Source: Eledone cirrhosa (taxonomy: Eukaryota). Taken from it: 64,000 bases of DNA. The DNA is taken from the NCBI GenBank assembly GCA_964016885.1, contig OZ024742.1, positions 285,510,001-285,574,000 of the forward strand, written 5' to 3'. Positions 56,235-64,000 of this stretch are shown here, in pieces. The notes beneath the pieces were generated by a model. The model was given only the letters and a program-made list of their open reading frames with translations, did not search any database and had not been told where the DNA came from. The translations under genes and the position numbers were made by a program. The stretch's first letter is position 1. Every line of letters begins with the position of its first letter.

Positions 56235-57511
56235 CAACAACAACAATATCTACCAGTAATCCTACGGAGGCCCCACAGAGCAATAACAATAACATCTACA
56301 AGTAATCCTACGGAGGCCCCACACAACAACAACAATATCTACCAGTAATACTACGGAGCCCCACACAACAACAACAATATCTACCTGTAATTCTACGGAG
56401 GCCCCACACAACAACAACAACAACAACAACAATATCTACCAGTGATCCTACGGAGGCCTCGCACAGCAATAACAATAACATCTACCAGTAATCCTACGGA
56501 GGTCCCCCACAACAATAACAACAACAACAACATCTATCAGTAATCCTACGGATGCCCCATACAACAACAACAAACAACAACAACAACAATATCTATCAGT
56601 AATCTTACGGAGGTCCCCCACAACAACGACGACAACAACTACAACAATATCTATCAGTAATCTTACGGAGGCCCCACACAACAAAAACAGTATCTACCAG
56701 TAATCCCATGGTGGCCCCACATAACAATAACAATATCTACCAGTAATCCTACGGACGCCCCACACAACAACAACAATATCTACCAGTGATCGTACGGAGG
56801 CCCCGCACAACAACAACAACAATATCTACCAGTAATCCTACGGAGGCCCAACACAACCAGAACAACAATATCTATCAGTAATCCTACGGAGGTCCCACAC
56901 AACAACAACAATATCTACCAGTAATCCTACGGAGACCCCACACAACAACAACAACATCTACCAGTAATCCTACGGAGGTCCCACACAACAACAACAATAT
57001 CAACCAGTAATCCTACGGAGGTCCCACACAAAAACAACAATATCTACCAGTAATCCTACGGAGGCCCCACACAACAACAACAATATCTACCAGTAATCCT
57101 ACGGAGGTCCCACACAACAACAACAATATCTATCAGTAATCCTACGGAGGCCCTACACAACAACAACAATATCTACCAGTAATCGTACGGAGGCCCCACA
57201 CAACAACAACAACAACAACAACAACAACTATATCTACCAGTAATCCTACGGAAGCCCCACACAACAACAACAACAACAATATCTACCAGTAATCCTACGG
57301 AGGCCCCACACAACAACAACAATATCTACCAGTAATCCTACGGGGGTCCCACACAACAACAACAATATCTACCAGTAATCCTACGGAGGTCCCACACAAT
57401 AACAACAATATCTACCAGTAATCGTACAGAGGCCCCACACAACAACAACTATATCTACCAGTAATCCTACGGAGGCCCCACACAACAACAACAATATCTA
57501 TCAGTAATCCT
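56235..57511. repeat. ~41-bp minisatellite (~28 units) with a variable (CAA)n segment
   Basis: Unit (CAA)n-TATCTACCAGTAATCCTACGGAGGCCCCACA. Confidence 0.95.
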
Positions 57512-57679
57512 ATTTATACGTATTTCCAGATGAAAAGATGAAATATTTGTTACATAGAGAAGATTTCTCACAGTGAAATATTGGAAATATTTCTGGTCTT
57601 CAGACATAAACATCCTCATCCAGCAGAGATAAGTTGGAACTGCTCCAAACCTTGTCCAGTTCTTTACTGTAGAATACAA

Positions 57680-60600
57680 CACTACCGGACTACCACCACA
57701 CTACCACCACACTATACCATACTACCACCACACTGTAGTACATTATACAACACTACCACCACATTATACAACACTACCACCACACTATACCACACTACCA
57801 CCACACTGTAGTACATTATACAACACTACCACCACACTGTAGCACATTATACAACACTACCACCACATTATACCACACTACCACCACATTATACAACACT
57901 ACCACCACACTGTAGCACATTATACAACACTACCACCACATTATACAACACTACCACCGCACTATACCACACTACCACCATACTGTAGCACATTATACAA
58001 CACTACCACCACATTATACCACACTACAACCACATTATACCACACTACCACCACATTATACCACACTACCACCACATTATACCACACTACCACCACATTA
58101 TACCACACTACCACCACATTATACCACACTACCACCACATTATACCACACTACCACCACATTATACCACACTACCACAACATTATACCACACTACCACCA
58201 CATTATACCACACTACCACCACATATTACAACACTACCACCACATTATACAACACTACCACCGCATTATACCACACTACCACCACATTATACCACACTAC
58301 CACCACATTATACCACACTACCACCACATTATACCACACTACCACCACATTATACCACACTACCACCACATATTACAAGACTACCACCACATTATACCAC
58401 ACTACCACCACATTATACGACACTACCACCACATTATACCACACTACCACCACATTATACCACACTACCACCACATTATACCACACTACCACCACATTAT
58501 ACAACACTACCACCACATTATACAACACTACCACCACATTATACAACACTACCACCACATTATACAACACTACCACCACATTATACAACACTACCACCAC
58601 ATTATACCACACTACCACCACATTATACCACACTACCACCACATTATACCACACTACCACCACATTATACCACACTACCACCACATTATACCACACTACC
58701 ACCACATTATACCACACTACCACCACATTATACAACACCACCACCACATTATACCACACTACCACCACATTATACAACACTACCACCACATTATACCACA
58801 CTACCACCACATTATACAACACTACCACCACATTATACAACACTACCACCACATTATACCACACTACCACCACATTATACAACACTACCACCACATTATA
58901 CCACACTACCACCACATTATACAACACTACCACCACATTATACAACACTACCACCACATTATACAACACTACCACCACACTATACCACACTACCACCACA
59001 CTGTAGTACATTATACAACACTACCACCACATTATACCACACTACCACCACATTATACAACACTACCACCACATTATACAACACAACCCCCACATTATAC
59101 CACACTACCACCACATTATACAACACTACCACCACATTATACCACACTACCACCACATTATACAACACTACCACCACATTATACAACACTACCACCACAT
59201 TATACAACACTACCACCACACTATACCACACTACCACCACACTGTAGTACATTATACAACACTACCACCACATTATACAACACTACCACCACATTATACA
59301 ACACTACCACCACATTATACAACACTACCACCACATTATACAACACTACCACCACATTATACAACACTACCACCACACTGTAGCACATTATACAACACTA
59401 CCACCACATTATACCACACTACCACCACATTATACAATACTACCACCATATTGTAGCACATTATACCACACTACCACCACATTATACCACACTACCACCA
59501 CATTATATCACACTACCACCACATTATACCACACTACCACCACATTATACCACACTACCACCACATGATATCACACTACCACCACATTATACAACACTAC
59601 CACCACATTATACCACACTACCACCACATTATACAACACTACCACCACATTATACCACACTACCACCACATTATACAACACTACCACCACATTATACCAC
59701 ACTATCACCACATTATACCACACTACCACCACATTATACCACACTACCACCACATTATACCACACTACCACCACATTATACCACACTACCACCACATTAT
59801 ACCACACTACCACCACATTATACCACACTACCACCACATTATACCACACTACCACCACATTATACCACACTATCACCACATTATACCACACTACCACCAC
59901 ATTATACCACACTACCACCACATTATACCACACTACCACCACATTATACCACACTACCACCACATTATACCACACTACCACCACATTATACAACACTACC
60001 ACCACATTATACCACACTACCACCACATTATACCACACTACCACCACATTATACCACACTACCACCACATTATACCACACTACCACCACATTATACCACA
60101 TTACCACCACATTATACCACACTACCACCACATTGTACAACACTACCACCACATTATACAACACTACCACCACATTATACCACACTACCACCACATTATA
60201 CCACACTACCACCACATTATACTACACTACCACCACACAGTAGCACATCATACAACACTACCACCACATTATATAACACTACCACCACATTATACCACAC
60301 TACCACCACATTATACCACACTACCACCACATTATACAACACTACCACCACACTGTAGCGCATTATACAACACTACCACCACATTATACTACACTACCAC
60401 CACACTGTAGCGCATTATACAACACTACCACCACATTATACTACACTACCACCATACTGTAGCACATTATACAACACTACCACCACATTATACAACACTA
60501 CCACCACATTATACAACACTACCACCACACTGTAGCACATTATACAACACTACCACCACATTATACTACACTACCACCACACTGTAGCACATTATACAAC

Positions 60601-63600
60601 ACTACCACCACATTATACAACACTACCACCGCACTGTAGCACATTATACCACACTACCACCACATTATACAACACTACCACCACATTATACTACACTACC
60701 ACCACACTGTAGCACATTATACAACACTACCACCACATTATACAACACTGCCACCACATTATACCACACTACCACCACATTATACAAGACTACCACCACA
60801 TTATACAACACTACCACCACACTGTAGCACATTATACAACACTACCACCACATTATAAAACACTACCACCGCACTATACCACACTACCACCATATTGTAG
60901 CACATTATACCACACTACCACCACATTATACCACACTACCACCACATTATACCACACTACCACCACATTATACCACACTACCACCACATTATACCACACT
61001 ACCACCACATTATACCACACTACCACCACATTATACCACACTACCACCACATTATACCACACTACCACCACATTATACAACACTACCACCACATTATACA
61101 ACACTACCACCACATTATACCACACTACCACCACACTGTAGCACATTATACAACCCTACCACCACACTGTAGCGCATTATACAACACTACCACCACATTA
61201 TACTACACTACCACCACACTGTAGCACATTATACAACACTACCACCACATTATACAACACTACCACCACATTATACAACACTACCACCACACTGTAGCAC
61301 ATTATACAACACTACCACCACATTATACTACACAACCACCACACTGTAGCACATTATACAACACTACCACCGCACTGTAGCACATTATACCACACTACCA
61401 CCACATTATACAACACTACCACCACATTATACTACACTACCACCACACTCTAGCACATTATACAACACTACCACCACATTATACAACACTGCCACCACAT
61501 TATACCACGCTACCACCGCACTGTAGCACATTATACCACACTACCACCACATTATACCACACTACCACCACATTATACCACACTACCACCACATTATACC
61601 ACACTACCACCACATTATACAACACTACCACCACATTATACCACACTACCACCACATTATACCACACTACCACCACATTATACAACACTACCACCACATT
61701 ATACCACACTACCACCACATTATACAATACTACCACCACATTATACCACACTACCACCACATTATACAACACTACCACCACATTATACCACACTATCACC
61801 ACATTATACAACACTACCACCACATTATACCACACTACCACCACATTATACCACACTACCACCACATTATACAACACTACCACCACATTATACCACACTA
61901 CCACCACATTATACCACACTACCACCACATTATACCACACTACCACCACATTATACCACACTACCACCACATTATACAACACTACCACCACACTGTAGCG
62001 CTTATACAACACTACCACCACATTATACTACACTACCACCACACTGTAACACATTATACAACACTACCACCACATTATACAACACTACCACCACGTTATA
62101 CTACACTACCACCACACTGTAGCACATTATACAACACTACCACCACATTATACAACACTACCACCACACTGTAGTACATTATACAACACTACCACCACAT
62201 TATACTTTACTACCACCACACTGTAGCACATTATACCACACTACCACGACATTATACAACACTACCACCACATTATACTACACTACCACCACACTGTAGC
62301 ACATTATACAACACTACCACCACATTATACAACACTACCACCACATTATACCACACTACCACCACATTATACAACACTACCACCACATTATACAACACTA
62401 CAACCACATTATACCACACTACCACCACATTATACCACACTACCACCACATTATACCACACTACCACCACATTATACCACACTACCACCACATTATACCA
62501 CACTACCACCACATATTACAACACTACCACCACATTATACCACACTACCACCACATTATACCACACTACCACCACATTATACCACACTACCACCACATTA
62601 TACCACACTACCACCACATTATACAACACTACCACCACATTATACAACACTACCACCACATTATACAACACTACCACCACATTATACAACACTACCACCA
62701 CATTATACCACACTACCACCACATTATACCACACTACCACCACATTATACCACACTACCACCACATTATACCACACTACCACCACATTATACCACACTAC
62801 CACCACATTATACCACACTACCACCACATTATACCACACTACCACCACATTATACAACACTACCACCACATCATACAACATTACCACCACATTATACAAC
62901 ACTACCACCACATTATACCACATTATACAACACTACCACCACATTATACCAGACTACCACCACATTATACCACACTACCACCACATTATACAACACCACC
63001 ACCACATTATACCACACTACCACCACATTATACCACACTACCACCACATTATACAACACTACCACCACATTATACCACACTACCACCACATTATACAACA
63101 CTACCACCACATTATACAACACTACCACCACATTATACAACACTACCACCACACTATACCACACTACCACCACACTGTAGTACATTATACAACACTACCA
63201 CCACATTATACAACACTACCACCACATTATACAACACTACCACCGCATTATACAACACTACCACCACATTATACAACACTACCACCACATTATACCACAC
63301 TACCACCACATTGTACAACACTACCACCACATTATACAACACTACCACCACATTATACCACACTACCTCCACATTATACCACACTACCACCACATTATAC
63401 TACACTACCACCACACTGTAGCACATCATACAACACTACCACCACATTATATAACACTACCACCACATTATACCACACTACCACCACATTATACCACACT
63501 ACCACCACATTATACAACACTACCACCACACTGTAGCGCATTATACAACACTACCACCACATTATACTACACTACCACCACACTGTAGCACATTATACAA

Positions 63601-64000
63601 CACTACCACCACATTATACAACACTACCACCACATCATACAACACTACCACCACACTGTAGCACATTATACAACACTACCACCACATTATACTACACTAC
63701 CACCACACTGTAGCACATTATACAACACTACCACCACATTATACAACACTACCACCGCACTGTAGCACATTATACCACACTACCACCACATTATACAACA
63801 CTACCACCACATTATACTACACTACCACTACACTGTAGCACATTATACAACACTACCACCACATTATACAACACTGCCACCATATTATACCACACTACCA
63901 CCGCACTGTAGCACATTATACCACACTACCACCACATTATACCACACTACCACCACATTATACCACACTACCACCACATTATACCACACTACCACCACAT
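57680..64000. repeat. 21-bp satellite running off the window end
   Basis: Unit CATTATAC(C/A)ACACTACCACCA with sporadic 10-bp CACTGTAGCA insertions. Confidence 0.98.

Noticed and set aside
56235-57511. CRISPR-like regular repeat array
   Set aside because: The intervals are only variable-length (CAA)n, not unique spacers; eukaryotic context; no cas genes
59565-60410. 281-aa His-rich ORF and (VVVVWYN)n ORFs
   Set aside because: Pure translation of the 21-bp satellite; frame is broken by 10-bp inserts; no signal peptide or unique sequence

Overview
AT-rich, microsatellite-saturated animal genomic DNA. The SINE, RTE, Tx1 and Penelope repertoire looks octopus/cephalopod-like (inference). I could not support any intact host gene, and almost all listed ORFs are translations of (TA)n, (CA)n, (GTAT)n, trinucleotide or satellite repeats. 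Contents: a 5'-truncated L1/Tx1 LINE with an open ORF2 tail; decayed RTE, R4/Dong-like, CR1/Jockey-like and Penelope RT remnants; many tRNA-derived SINEs; non-autonomous Helitron-like elements; a hAT-like MITE; a 41-bp minisatellite; and a >6-kb 21-bp satellite. The most notable signal is a dense set of type I hammerhead ribozyme (HHR) motifs that I folded by hand, about 9 with an intact core plus several degenerate ones. They sit in short non-coding elements inserted in (TA)n tracts, often with fold-back inversions. Three are tandem arrays (units of 541, 527 and 480 nt) with one HHR per unit, i.e. retrozyme-like or non-autonomous Penelope-type elements. Several HHRs have unusually extended stem II or stem III.
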